NCBI GenBank assembly: GCA_947494155.1
Contig: CANLTW010000001.1
Location: forward strand, 84,231-148,230
Direction of reading: 5' to 3'
DNA from: Chlamydiota bacterium
Lineage (GTDB): Bacteria > Chlamydiota > Chlamydiia > Chlamydiales > RGXB01
DNA length: 64,000 nucleotides
Shown: positions 17,003 through 27,128 of the stretch, in pieces
How positions within the stretch are numbered: the stretch's first letter is position 1
Layout: each line of letters begins with the position of its first letter
Translations under genes and position numbers: made by a program
Notes under the pieces: model-generated
The model's input: the letters and a program-made list of their open reading frames with translations, nothing else
The model's database searches: none
Told to the model about the DNA's origin: nothing

Positions 17003-18493
17003 ATGGAAATGACTATCAAAGAAAAACCTTTAGAAAAAAAAGGGAAAGATTTTTCAAAAAGCAAAATAAGGGTTCCTCCCCAATCTAAAGAGGCTGAAAA
17101 GCTTGTTTTGGGGATGATGTTTTCTTCTGTCAACGCATTAAACGTTGCAGCCGACACTCTATTGCCCGAAGATTTTTATTTCAAAGAGCATCAGCTTGTT
17201 TTCCATGTCCTGCAGGAGGCCTACCGCAACGACCGCCCGGCGGACGTACATCTGGTTAATGAAGAGCTCAAACGCAGGGACGAGCTTAAAGAAGTTGGCG
17301 GAATTGTAGCTTTGACCGAAATTGCGCATTATGCGGGCACCTCAGCATATATCGAAGAATATGTGAATGTGGTTAAAGATAAGGCGCTTTTACGGCGCAT
17401 GATTTCTACCGCTAGTGAGATGGAAAAAAAAGCGCAACAAGAACCCTCCGACGTCCTCTCTTTTCTTGATGAATGCCAGTCTAAACTCTACACGATTTCA
17501 CAGGAAAAATCGGCCAAAGAGGGCTTTTTGCTTCGTGATATTCTATCGGGTGTACGCGCTTCAACAAAACTCCCTTTTTTAAAAGAGCTACAAGATCGGC
17601 AAGAGGAGTTTCTTACCAAAGGACCCAACCAAGCCCATTTTACCGGCCTTTCGAGCCACTTTTTAGATGTCGATAAAATGATCAATGGTCTTTGCCCCTC
17701 ACAGCTTTTGATTTTAGCTGCACGCCCCTCAATGGGGAAAACAGCTTTGGCTTTGAATATCGCACAAAATGTTGCCTTTCGTACTAAAGAGCCTGTGGGG
17801 ATCTTTTCTTTGGAAATGAACTCCGAAGAGCTACTTCACCGTTTGATCTGCTCGGAGAGCGAGGTGGAATCGGAAAAAATCAAAAACGGCTCCTTGACAG
17901 GCAGTGAGTATCAAAAAGTTGTTGCCGCTGTAAATGAGATGCAAAAGCACACGATGATTATCGACGATCAGCCCGGTCTGAAAATCTCCGATTTACGCTC
18001 ACGAGCTCGTCGCATGAAAGAGATGTTCAATATCAAGCTTTTAGTAATTGACTATTTGCAGCTTCTAAGCGGACCTAAAGCCAGCTACAACTCAGACAAC
18101 CGGCAAAATGAGATCTCCGAAATTTCCAGAATGTTAAAAAACCTTGCCAGAGAGCTGAATATCCCCGTGATATGCCTATCTCAGCTATCTCGTAAAGTTG
18201 AAGAGCGGCAAGGGCATCGCCCGATGCTCTCAGACCTAAGAGAGTCGGGATCGATTGAGCAGGATGCCGATATTGTGATGTTTTTATTCAGACGTGAGTA
18301 TTACAATCCCCAAGACAAACCGGGTACTGCCGAGCTTATTGTAGCGAAAAACCGCCATGGAAAAGTGGGGGACATCCAGCTTGTATACAAAAAATCTTTA
18401 GCCCTTTTCCAAAATTTTGTAGCCCCCGTGCAAGAGGCCCCCCTGGCTCAGCAGTTCAACCCCGCTGCCTTCTCAGCCTTTCAGCCAAAATAG
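17003..18493 (+). CDS. dnaB: Replicative DNA helicase DnaB
   Basis: N-terminal PPQSKEAEKLVLG, Walker A ARPSMGKTALALN, Walker B LLVIDYLQL, and SQLSR. The start is set at ATG 17003; ATG 16961 and TTG 16889 are also in frame. Confidence 0.9.
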   Translation: MEMTIKEKPLEKKGKDFSKSKIRVPPQSKEAEKLVLGMMFSSVNALNVAADTLLPEDFYFKEHQLVFHVLQEAYRNDRPADVHLVNEELKRRDELKEVGGIVALTEIAHYAGTSAYIEEYVNVVKDKALLRRMISTASEMEKKAQQEPSDVLSFLDECQSKLYTISQEKSAKEGFLLRDILSGVRASTKLPFLKELQDRQEEFLTKGPNQAHFTGLSSHFLDVDKMINGLCPSQLLILAARPSMGKTALALNIAQNVAFRTKEPVGIFSLEMNSEELLHRLICSESEVESEKIKNGSLTGSEYQKVVAAVNEMQKHTMIIDDQPGLKISDLRSRARRMKEMFNIKLLVIDYLQLLSGPKASYNSDNRQNEISEISRMLKNLARELNIPVICLSQLSRKVEERQGHRPMLSDLRESGSIEQDADIVMFLFRREYYNPQDKPGTAELIVAKNRHGKVGDIQLVYKKSLALFQNFVAPVQEAPLAQQFNPAAFSAFQPK

Positions 18494-18780
18494 CTTTTAA
18501 GAGGGGGATGCGCAACTTTGCCCCTTCTTGGCTATACACTTTTCTCTAAGGATAAAAAATTTTTACCCCTAACCTTTACACCCATTAAGCTCCCCTAAAA
18601 AGGGATTTTTTTAGGTCTCACATTTTTTAAAAAGAGGTTAAGAGACTCGGCGGGAGTCGGTTAAACTCGAGTGGATCTCACCCCATAAAAATTTATTGCC
18701 CCTTTCTAGAAAAACCCTCGCTTCCCCCTTTACGGTAAAACGTAAACGGAGTATGCTTCTTGAATCAAATTGGAGTCAAA

Positions 18781-18873
18781 ATGGCCTCTGTTAAAAAGAA
18801 GCGCAAGGCGAAGATGAATCGCCACAAGTTGAAAAAATTGCGTAAACTCAACAGACACAAGAACAGCCCATAG
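18781..18873 (+). CDS. 30-aa Lys/Arg-rich small protein, bS22 (AURKAIP1/COX24-like) candidate
   Basis: Hand-translated as MASVKKKRKAKMNRHKLKKLRKLNRHKNSP*. A GGAG lies 5 nt upstream of the ATG. It is below the ORF-track length cutoff and sits 9 nt upstream of mnmG. Confidence 0.5.
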   Translation: MASVKKKRKAKMNRHKLKKLRKLNRHKNSP

Positions 18874-18882
18874 TTCTATTTT

Positions 18883-20766
18883 ATGTGGACCTTCGAGACG
18901 TTTTACGATGTTCTCGTCGTCGGAGCCGGCCATGCCGGCTGTGAAGCTGCGCATGCGGCTGCAAAGATGGGGGCGAGGACACTTTTAGTTACCATGAACT
19001 TGGACACCATCGCCAAGATGAGCTGCAATCCTGCGGTCGGGGGGACCGGCAAAGGGCAAATTGTACGTGAAATCGACGCGATGGGTGGCATCATGGGGCA
19101 AATCATTGACCAGACTGCAATACAGTTTCGGATGTTGAATCGCTCCAAGGGCCCTGCAGTTTGGTCTCCGCGAGCCCAAGCTGACAAGCACCTCTATGCC
19201 CAAAAGATGAAAGAGACTTTGGAGACAATCCCCAATCTTTTCCTCATGCAGGGCACCATCGAAGATCTCCTGGTAGAAAACGGTCGAGTGGTAGGAATAT
19301 CCACAAAAGAGGGTATTGCGTTTCGCTCTTCGACAGTCATCCTCTCCTCGGGGACCTTCATGCAAGGAAAAATCCACATCGGCTCTACCCAATTTTCCGG
19401 GGGCAGAGCGGGTGACCCCCCTTCAGTCGGACTTTCGCATAGTTTAGCGCATCTTGGTTTTAAACTGGGTCGTCTTAAAACTGGCACACCCTGTAGAATT
19501 CACAAAAGATCGGTCGATTTCTCAAAATGTGAAAGACAAGATGGAGAAGAAGATGTCCGTTTTTCCTTTAGAAAAGAGTTTGAGCGCCTCCCACAAGTCC
19601 CCTGTTACATCACCTACACTTCGTCTGAAAGTCAAAGAATCGTAGAGGAAAACCTCTCGAAATCAGCCGGCTACTCTAAAAAAATGGTTGGACCCCGCTA
19701 CTGCCCTTCCATCGAGGACAAAATTGTGCGTTTCAGCGACAAAGAGCGTCACCAAATTTTTATTGAGCCAGAAGGCTTAACCACACAAGAGCTTTATCTA
19801 AATGGTATTTCGACTTCGCTGCCGTTTGATGTGCAAGTCTCCCTAATCCGCTCGATCACAGGATTAGAAAATGCCGAAATTTTAAGACCTGCGTACGCGA
19901 TCGAGTATGATTACGTCAGAAGCGGCCAGCTCAAACTCTCTTTAGAAACAAAACTCATCGAGGGGCTTTTTCTTGCTGGGCAAATCAATGGAACAACGGG
20001 TTACGAGGAGGCGGCGGGTCAAGGTTTTATTGCTGGGGTGAATGCTGCCTTAAAAGTCCAGAATCGCCCCCCCTTTATCCTGAGTCCACAAGAATCCTAC
20101 TTAGGGGTAATGATTGAGGATATCGTATCGATGGAGCTTACCGAGCCCTATAGAATGTTTACCAGCCGCGCTTCAGCTAGACTTCTACTGCGTCAAGATA
20201 ACGCCGACTTAAGACTGAGCCACTATGGTTTTTATCTAGGCGGGCTGATCAATAAAGCCGAAATGGAGTCTATCGAGGCGAAAAAAGAGAGCATTTCCTC
20301 CACAATTTCGGCTCTAAAAAGACATGTGCAAGTGGAAGATAGAAGCTATACTCTTCAGCAAATGGTTGCAAGGCCCGATATGAGTTATGAAGGGGTACAA
20401 AAAAGCTACCCTCATCTTGTCCCGAATATTGATAAAGAGACCCGTTTTCAAGTAGAGCTTGAACTGAAATATGCAGGCTACATTAAAAGACAAGAAGAGG
20501 ATAATCTTAAGCTCAAGGATCTCGACGTAATTGCTATCCCCGATGGATTGGATTTTGCCCAGGTGAAAGGTTTAAGGAATGAGGCAAGAGAGACTTTAAA
20601 AAGGGTGCAGCCTATCCACTTGGGTCAAATCGGTCGATTGCCAGGGATTACCCCAGCTGACCTGAATATTCTTTTTGTAGCAATCAAAGGATTTCGTCAT
20701 CAATTTGCCCTTTCAAAAAATCGCCTCGAAAAAGAGGATCTTTCTTTTTGTCAAATAAAGACTTAA
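18883..20766 (+). CDS. mnmG: tRNA uridine 5-carboxymethylaminomethyl modification enzyme MnmG (GidA)
   Basis: 627 aa. FAD motif YDVLVVGAGHAGCEAA and a full-length GidA architecture. Confidence 0.95.
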   Translation: MWTFETFYDVLVVGAGHAGCEAAHAAAKMGARTLLVTMNLDTIAKMSCNPAVGGTGKGQIVREIDAMGGIMGQIIDQTAIQFRMLNRSKGPAVWSPRAQADKHLYAQKMKETLETIPNLFLMQGTIEDLLVENGRVVGISTKEGIAFRSSTVILSSGTFMQGKIHIGSTQFSGGRAGDPPSVGLSHSLAHLGFKLGRLKTGTPCRIHKRSVDFSKCERQDGEEDVRFSFRKEFERLPQVPCYITYTSSESQRIVEENLSKSAGYSKKMVGPRYCPSIEDKIVRFSDKERHQIFIEPEGLTTQELYLNGISTSLPFDVQVSLIRSITGLENAEILRPAYAIEYDYVRSGQLKLSLETKLIEGLFLAGQINGTTGYEEAAGQGFIAGVNAALKVQNRPPFILSPQESYLGVMIEDIVSMELTEPYRMFTSRASARLLLRQDNADLRLSHYGFYLGGLINKAEMESIEAKKESISSTISALKRHVQVEDRSYTLQQMVARPDMSYEGVQKSYPHLVPNIDKETRFQVELELKYAGYIKRQEEDNLKLKDLDVIAIPDGLDFAQVKGLRNEARETLKRVQPIHLGQIGRLPGITPADLNILFVAIKGFRHQFALSKNRLEKEDLSFCQIKT

Positions 20767-20812
20767 AAATAGAATTGATGGTAGAAGATCTTTAAATGAG
20801 GTTCTTTTTGTC

Positions 20813-21502
20813 ATGAATACTATTCGCGTCGTTCAATTAAAAAAAATGCCTATCTTTCAGATGCTTGCACTTGAAGAGTTTCTTCTTGACCAGCCCTGTG
20901 AAAATTTTCTTTTGATTAACTATGGGACACCTGATGCGATTGTTTTGGGAAAATCGAACGACCGCCATTCCCTCATCGAAAGCAAAACAGAGGTACCCCT
21001 TATACGTAGATTTTCGGGGGGCGGAACCGTCTATGTCGATCAATCGACTCTTTTCATTACCTGGATTTTATCCAAAGAGCTTTCTGAGGCTAAATGTGTA
21101 GACACTCTTTTTGACTGGACCGTTGACACCCTTCAAAAGGCGCACCCTAATCTTAAGTTAAAGAGAGTAGAGACGGACTACGTGATTGGGGACAAGAAGG
21201 TGGGGGGTACGGCTCAGTATGTAAAAAAAGATCGCATTCTACACCACACAAGCTTTCTATTCGATTATTCTCAAGAGAAGCTCCAAACCTTAAAGCACCC
21301 TCTTAAAGCACCTAAGTATCGAGATGGGCGAAGCCATGAGGATTTTTTAACCACCCTCAATTCCCACTTCACTACTATGGAGGAGTTTATCAACCCTTAT
21401 GTAGAGGTATTACAAGGGGATTTTTCCTTACAAGCAACCTCAATGCTCGAAATTTTAATCCATTTGCAATCGCCTAAGCAGACGGTAATTCTCGAGAGCT
21501 AG
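20813..21502 (+). CDS. lplA: Lipoate-protein ligase A family protein
   Basis: 229 aa. BPL/LplA/LipB catalytic motifs RRFSGGGTVYVD and KVGGTAQ. Confidence 0.75.
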   Translation: MNTIRVVQLKKMPIFQMLALEEFLLDQPCENFLLINYGTPDAIVLGKSNDRHSLIESKTEVPLIRRFSGGGTVYVDQSTLFITWILSKELSEAKCVDTLFDWTVDTLQKAHPNLKLKRVETDYVIGDKKVGGTAQYVKKDRILHHTSFLFDYSQEKLQTLKHPLKAPKYRDGRSHEDFLTTLNSHFTTMEEFINPYVEVLQGDFSLQATSMLEILIHLQSPKQTVILES

Positions 21503-21625
21503 AAATTTACTAATCCTAGAGCAAGAATCCCCCTTTCCAAGCTAGAGACTAAAATAGCAACTGTAGCGAAAAAAAGGGTGGGATTTTTTGGTTTTCTTAG
21601 GGATAAGTACTCTAGAAGAAACGAC

Positions 21626-22393
21626 CTACTCTTCTGGGTTGTTAGAACCGAAAAACTCTTTTACCGCATGAACTGTAACCTGACCACCCATTTCAGCAAT
21701 CGCCTCAACCAGATCGATTTTCTTAGGGCAAACCTGGACGCAATTTTGCGCTTTGCTGCACTCATGCAGCCCCCCTTTGCCCATTAAACTATCCAAGCGC
21801 TCCTCTTTGTTGGATTTGCCATGAGGATGCAAATTAAAAAGGCGAGCTTGTCCCACCACGGCTGCCCCCACAAATTGGGTGGTTTTTGTATAGTTTGGGC
21901 AGGCCACAAGGCAGCAACCACAACTCATACATGTTGAAAGCTCGTACATGACCTCATGGTTTTTAGGGAGAATTTTTGGGCCAAAATCTTTACTTCGGCT
22001 CCCATCAACCTCACTCCAGCCCTGGATTCTTTTCAAATCTTGAAAAATTCTGGAACGATCGATCACTAGGTCTCGAATCAAGGGATAAGAGTTAAAAGGG
22101 GCTAAATAGATTGTATCGGATCCACTCTCCTCCAATATGGGTTGAATCATCGCTGTACAGGACTGGCGGGGAATTCCGTTGATAAGCATGGAACAAGAGC
22201 CGCAAACCTCCTCAAGACAGGCTTGCTCCCATACAACCGGAGTCGTAAGCTCCCCTTTTTTATTGATAGGGCGTCTTTGAATCTCCATTAATGCGGTGAT
22301 CACGTTCATCAAAGGGGTGAGCTCTAATTCAAATTCCTCCAAAAACTGATTCCCTTCAGTCCCACGAAGAATTTGCAAAGTGAAAGATTTCAT
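21626..22393 (-). CDS. sdhB: Succinate dehydrogenase iron-sulfur subunit
   Basis: Cys clusters CLEEVCGSCSM, CMSCGCCLVACP and CSKAQNCVQVCP. Confidence 0.9.
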   Translation of the reverse strand: MKSFTLQILRGTEGNQFLEEFELELTPLMNVITALMEIQRRPINKKGELTTPVVWEQACLEEVCGSCSMLINGIPRQSCTAMIQPILEESGSDTIYLAPFNSYPLIRDLVIDRSRIFQDLKRIQGWSEVDGSRSKDFGPKILPKNHEVMYELSTCMSCGCCLVACPNYTKTTQFVGAAVVGQARLFNLHPHGKSNKEERLDSLMGKGGLHECSKAQNCVQVCPKKIDLVEAIAEMGGQVTVHAVKEFFGSNNPEE

Positions 22394-22402
22394 CTAATGG
22401 CC

Positions 22403-24292
22403 TCACACGTATGCAGGGTAATGTGTTGGGATCTTTGAGAGATCCAGACTCTCCAAGGTCACCTTTTTCTTATAATCCCGTTTTGCCACAGAAAAGTATC
22501 TTGCGTCAACATCTCTAAAACTCATAACCGGCTCTGTTTCTTTAGGATCAAAAACCGCAATCGTGTGCTTTAAAAAGTTGTGATCATCACGCTCCGGAAA
22601 TTCGGGCTTAAAATGGCCTCCACGAGATTCATCCCGCAACAAAGCCCCTTTTGCAATCGCTAAAGCAATCTCCAGCATCCCTTTAAATTGGTTTGCAAAA
22701 ATGAACGTCTGATTCAAATCGTTTGAGGTATCATCCAGCTTGATATTCTTGTAACGCTCCCGAATCCGCTTGATCCCCTCAATCGCTTTTTTTAATCCTT
22801 CGTTATGACGCACAACAGTACAGTCCCTAACCAAAATCTCTGATAGCTCCTCGTGCAACTGGTGGATATTCTCGGTCCCTTTTTTTGCCATGAGCTCATG
22901 CTTTAAAGCCTGCTCTTTTGCAAGTGCCTTTTCAAATACCTCATCAGATATCTCCTGATAATCCCGTTTAAGCTTTTTAAGATAGCTCACCATCTCATCC
23001 CCCACAACAAGCCCATCAAAAATACACGAAATCAACGAGTTTCCACCTAAACGGTTTGCCCCATGAATCCCATATTGAGATTCCCCCACATTAAAACAGC
23101 CCGTAAGATTTGTCATGTATTTGTATCGCAAGTGCCGATCCCCGTCCTCCTCAGCCGGATAATCCACATAAGCTCCCCCCATCGTGTAATGGACTCCCGG
23201 GTAGATTTTCATCGGTTTTTCCCGAGGATCTTCCCCTGTGAATTTTTGGTAGATCTCAAAAACGGAATAGAATTTTTTCACCAGCGCTTCATCAAAACCG
23301 GTACAATCTAAGTAGACCTGTTTTCTCCCCTCCACTCCTAGACCCAATTCGCAGACTTGATGGATCGCTCTAGCAGCAATATCTCTTGGAACTAAATTCC
23401 CCAAAAGCTTGTACATGTCCTCAAGAAAATACCAGCGCTCCCCCGTTTTTCCACACTCTATCCACTGCCCGTTTTCGTCTTTGATTTGTTTTGTTTCATC
23501 CCCATACACCCAAACACGGGCAAACCCGCGCAAAGTCTCGGTCATTAAACGCAGTTTATCATGCCCCGGAATCGATGTGGGGTGGATTTGGATGAACTCC
23601 CCGTTGGCATACTCCATCCCCTGCATAAAAAGACGGCCGTTCGCAGCTCCGGTGCAAATGGTGGAATTCGTGCTTTTTTTAAATAAAAATCCCAGCCCGC
23701 CTGAGCCAACAATAACGGCATTAGCCTTTAAAATTTCGAGTTTTAGATTGTAGTGGTCCATTAAAACAATACCACAAGCAACCCCCTCCTCATCTTGTAT
23801 GAGCCGCATGAATTCATGGTGCTCATATTTTTTTATAAGCCCCTTTACCTCATAACGTCGCACCTGCTCGTCAAGTGCATAAAGCAGCTGCTGGCCAGTT
23901 GAAGAGCCGCAATAGACCGTCCGATTGAATGTTGTCCCACCAAAGCGCCGCACATCGAGACCACCCTCTTGATTGCGATTGAAGGTGCAGCCAAACCGAT
24001 CCAGCATCTTGATAATATTGGGAGCGGCTAAACACATCTCAACCACTTGGGGTTGATTGGCTAAAAAATCGCCCCCTTTGATGGTCTCATACGCATGTAT
24101 ATAAGGGGAATCCCCCTCATTTTTGAGATTGACCGCAGCGTTTATCCCCCCTTGTGCACAAACCGAATGGCTCCTTTTTACCTTTGTCAAAGAGACAAGA
24201 TGAACCATAATCCCGTGCTCTGCAAGGCGCATAGCAGCCGATAGACCCGCTAAACCACCGCCAACTACAATTACCTCATTTTGTATTGCCAT
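22403..24292 (-). CDS. sdhA: Succinate dehydrogenase flavoprotein subunit
   Basis: 629 aa. VIVVGGGLAGLSAA dinucleotide fold and GANRLGGNSL. Confidence 0.92.
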   Translation of the reverse strand: MAIQNEVIVVGGGLAGLSAAMRLAEHGIMVHLVSLTKVKRSHSVCAQGGINAAVNLKNEGDSPYIHAYETIKGGDFLANQPQVVEMCLAAPNIIKMLDRFGCTFNRNQEGGLDVRRFGGTTFNRTVYCGSSTGQQLLYALDEQVRRYEVKGLIKKYEHHEFMRLIQDEEGVACGIVLMDHYNLKLEILKANAVIVGSGGLGFLFKKSTNSTICTGAANGRLFMQGMEYANGEFIQIHPTSIPGHDKLRLMTETLRGFARVWVYGDETKQIKDENGQWIECGKTGERWYFLEDMYKLLGNLVPRDIAARAIHQVCELGLGVEGRKQVYLDCTGFDEALVKKFYSVFEIYQKFTGEDPREKPMKIYPGVHYTMGGAYVDYPAEEDGDRHLRYKYMTNLTGCFNVGESQYGIHGANRLGGNSLISCIFDGLVVGDEMVSYLKKLKRDYQEISDEVFEKALAKEQALKHELMAKKGTENIHQLHEELSEILVRDCTVVRHNEGLKKAIEGIKRIRERYKNIKLDDTSNDLNQTFIFANQFKGMLEIALAIAKGALLRDESRGGHFKPEFPERDDHNFLKHTIAVFDPKETEPVMSFRDVDARYFSVAKRDYKKKVTLESLDLSKIPTHYPAYV

Positions 24293-24296
24293 AGGT

Positions 24297-25298
24297 CTAG
24301 CTCCTCAAATTAATCCAGTAGGTGCCCCAAACAGAACTCAGGCCCATAAAACCGAGTAAAAACATCAACCCTACACAAATTTTTAACATTCTTCTTTGCG
24401 ATATCTGTTTGACAACAAGACCCCATGTAATAGTGAAAGCCCAAAGACCATTAAATCCATGAAAAACCGCCGCAAGGACAAATATGGTGTATAAGATAGC
24501 TTTAATCGGGCTTTTGAACACATCGCGCACGTTCATCAATTGGGATGTACCAAAAGAGGAGGTAACAAGAATCACTTGATCCTCCTGGAGCTCCCTTTTT
24601 GTGAGACCAGAATAAAAATCTTCCATCTCCATCGCTTTGAGTTTTTCCTTTCCAAGCTCAGAGGCCTCAAGGTTGTACTGGGTCCCATTGGCATCCACTT
24701 CTTTCAAACGCTGATCTACAAGTGCCTGTTGAGCCATCTCTTTATCAAGAGATTGCTTATACTCCTCGATCTGTCCCGAATTGTACAGACTAAATCCTAA
24801 TCTATCCTGCAGTGTGTAGAGCCCTTTGTCAAAATAGACTCTAGTAAAAAAAAGGCGCTTATTCCCCTCCTTAGCCTCCGCTGGATAGAGGTAAAATCTA
24901 AAGTTGGCGACGTGCAGAATGATTCCGATCAAAAGAATCCATGCGGTCCAGCGCTGGTAAGTGTAGGCGCGACTACGGGTGTAGGGCATGTAGGGTTTTG
25001 TCCCTTCTATTGAACCAAAAGAATTGGAGCGCCCATAAATCGCTTTTCGGATTCCGATCACCGCATGATAGGCGATTGGCACCCCGATAAAGGTGAGTTC
25101 AATCACTTGCAAATAGGGCAGATCATGAATGAAATTTACCATCCTTACGAAACCGGCACCATCATCACCGAAAAATAGTGCAGCCTGCGAGTTAGTAAGC
25201 AGGTGTTCAAAAAGGAAAATGACTATCAGTAAACCGGTTAAAGAGTGTAGCCGAGAATAGATAAATTCTTTGGGAAGATTATTTTTACGAGGATCCAT
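24297..25298 (-). CDS. sdhC: Succinate dehydrogenase cytochrome b membrane anchor (single large subunit with a hydrophilic insertion)
   Basis: It lies immediately upstream of sdhA/sdhB. It has multiple TM helices with conserved His residues and a charged insertion (QIEEYKQSLDKEMAQQ...). Confidence 0.65.
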   Translation of the reverse strand: MDPRKNNLPKEFIYSRLHSLTGLLIVIFLFEHLLTNSQAALFFGDDGAGFVRMVNFIHDLPYLQVIELTFIGVPIAYHAVIGIRKAIYGRSNSFGSIEGTKPYMPYTRSRAYTYQRWTAWILLIGIILHVANFRFYLYPAEAKEGNKRLFFTRVYFDKGLYTLQDRLGFSLYNSGQIEEYKQSLDKEMAQQALVDQRLKEVDANGTQYNLEASELGKEKLKAMEMEDFYSGLTKRELQEDQVILVTSSFGTSQLMNVRDVFKSPIKAILYTIFVLAAVFHGFNGLWAFTITWGLVVKQISQRRMLKICVGLMFLLGFMGLSSVWGTYWINLRS

Positions 25299-25500
25299 CG
25301 CGTCTCATCTAAGTTAAAGTATCCAGTGCCCCTAAAAACATTTTCGCTAAAACCTTAAGAGCATAGGAGCTCACTATCAAAAGAGAGGTAAGTTTTCAGA
25401 TAGCGAGCTCCTAGTCTTGTATTAAACGCTGTTTAAACGTTTTTTTGAAGTAAAATCCTCGTTAATGTGCACTTTAAAATTTAAAAAGAAAAAAGGGCTG

Positions 25501-26241
25501 CTATAACCTAAAAAGCTCTTGGGCATTCCTATAGATCGCCTCCTGAATTACTTGCACCGGCTTTTTTTGCAACGCGGCCACCTTATCCACTATGTAAGGG
25601 ATATAGGAGGGCTCATTTGTTTTTCCTCGAAAAGGCTCTGGGGCAAGCCAAGGGGCGTCGGTCTCTACAAGCATCTGAGATAGGGGGGTTGTGGAGGCGA
25701 TCATTTGCATTTCTATCGCATTTTTGAATGTCACAACACCACTGAAAGAGAGGGTGAAACCCGCATCCAAGGCCCATGTTGCAATCTCTTTTGGGCCTGC
25801 AAAACAGTGTAAAATGCCCCTTTTAATCGGGTGTTTTTCCACAAATTCTTTAAGCTCATTATAGGCGTTTCGGCAGTGGATAGAGAGGGCTAAATCTAAA
25901 TCATTTGCCAGCTCGATGTGCTTTTTGAAAAACTCTTTTTGTATCTCAAGGTGGTCTTTTGAATGGTGAAGATCCAAACCGGTCTCCCCTATCGCGACGA
26001 TCTTTTTTTCTTCAGCCAACCGGACGATCTGCTCAAAGTGGTTGGCCTCCACCTCATGGGCATGGCAGGGATGGATACCTGCTACCATCGGTGCTGAGGG
26101 AAACTCTTTTACAATTTTTTGCCCCCGTTCGATATCGCTAGGGTGGATACAGATATTGATGACGTGGTGCACCCCTTTTGAAAAGGCTCTTTGTAATACC
26201 TCTTTGTAATCGTCCCCTAAATGGCAGTGTGTATCAATCAT
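25501..26241 (-). CDS. tatD: TatD-family metal-dependent hydrolase
   Basis: Start taken at MIDTHCHL (ATG 26241); the track ORF extends to 26361. Ligand motifs HCH, GETGLD, SIHCR, LHCF and ETDAP. Confidence 0.85.
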   Translation of the reverse strand: MIDTHCHLGDDYKEVLQRAFSKGVHHVINICIHPSDIERGQKIVKEFPSAPMVAGIHPCHAHEVEANHFEQIVRLAEEKKIVAIGETGLDLHHSKDHLEIQKEFFKKHIELANDLDLALSIHCRNAYNELKEFVEKHPIKRGILHCFAGPKEIATWALDAGFTLSFSGVVTFKNAIEMQMIASTTPLSQMLVETDAPWLAPEPFRGKTNEPSYIPYIVDKVAALQKKPVQVIQEAIYRNAQELFRL

Positions 26242-26423
26242 GTCTCTTGAATATTTTTTTACGGGACTAGTGTAATAGTTGAAAGGATTAAACAAGAGAG
26301 GTTTTTTGGAGGTGCATGGAGATCTTAAAAGGGATTTCAAGAAAAAGAGGTCTATTGACAACTACCCAGCTAAAGAATAAGGTTTACTAAAAAACTTTTT
26401 CACCGCCCTTCTAGAGAAAAATT

Positions 26424-27122
26424 ATGACATCCATTTACATTTTTGTAAGCGCTTTCAAAGACTCAGACGGTTTTGGAAAAATCATCTTCCTTCTCCTTTT
26501 TTCTGTCTCTTTCCTCTCCTGGTTCATGCTGATTTTTAAAGCACGCCAGTTTTTTTCGATAGAAAAACAGATGCATCTTTTTCTGGAAAACTTCCAAAAA
26601 AAAGAGCAATCCATTCTTGAAAAGACCTTCTTGGAGAGCTTGACGTGTAGCCCCCTTTTTCACCTCTATAAAAACTTCAAAAAGTGCACTATAGACCTTA
26701 TGGATCGCAATAGAAAACTCGACGGGGTGGATATCCATTTTCTTAGCCGCTCTGACGTGGAGATGTTAAGTAGTTTTTTGGATCAAAAAGTTCTTAAAGA
26801 GAGTAAAAGCCTCGAAAAAAATCTTTTCATCCTCTCCACCTCGATCTCTTTGGCCCCTTTTTTAGGGATTCTAGGGACTGTTTGGGGGCTTCTGGTGAGC
26901 CTAACAGGTCTAGGAAAAGGGGTCTCTGCTTTATCGAATCAGGTGGTGATGAGCGGTTTATCTACAGCATTAGCCACCACAGTCATCGGTCTTTTGATCG
27001 CCATTCCCGCTCTCATAGGGTATAACTACTTGCGCGCTAAAGCAAAGGAAATGACCCAATCCATGCTCGGGTTTTCTGCTCTTTTAGTGCACGAAGTGGA
27101 AATGGGTTTTAGACGAGACTAG
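26424..27122 (+). CDS. tolQ: TolQ/ExbB proton-channel protein
   Basis: 232 aa with three TM helices and PFLGILGTVWGLL. It heads the tolR/tolB/pal cluster. Confidence 0.85.
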   Translation: MTSIYIFVSAFKDSDGFGKIIFLLLFSVSFLSWFMLIFKARQFFSIEKQMHLFLENFQKKEQSILEKTFLESLTCSPLFHLYKNFKKCTIDLMDRNRKLDGVDIHFLSRSDVEMLSSFLDQKVLKESKSLEKNLFILSTSISLAPFLGILGTVWGLLVSLTGLGKGVSALSNQVVMSGLSTALATTVIGLLIAIPALIGYNYLRAKAKEMTQSMLGFSALLVHEVEMGFRRD

Positions 27123-27128
27123 CTTTAT

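Noticed and set aside
18730-19487. Several long ORFs antisense to the bS22-like ORF and mnmG (18730..18954, 18903..19187, 18985..19392, 19194..19487).
   Set aside because: They are shadow ORFs opposite a strongly supported, relatively GC-rich conserved gene. They have no motifs, low-complexity Arg/Pro-rich translations and no room for independent signals.
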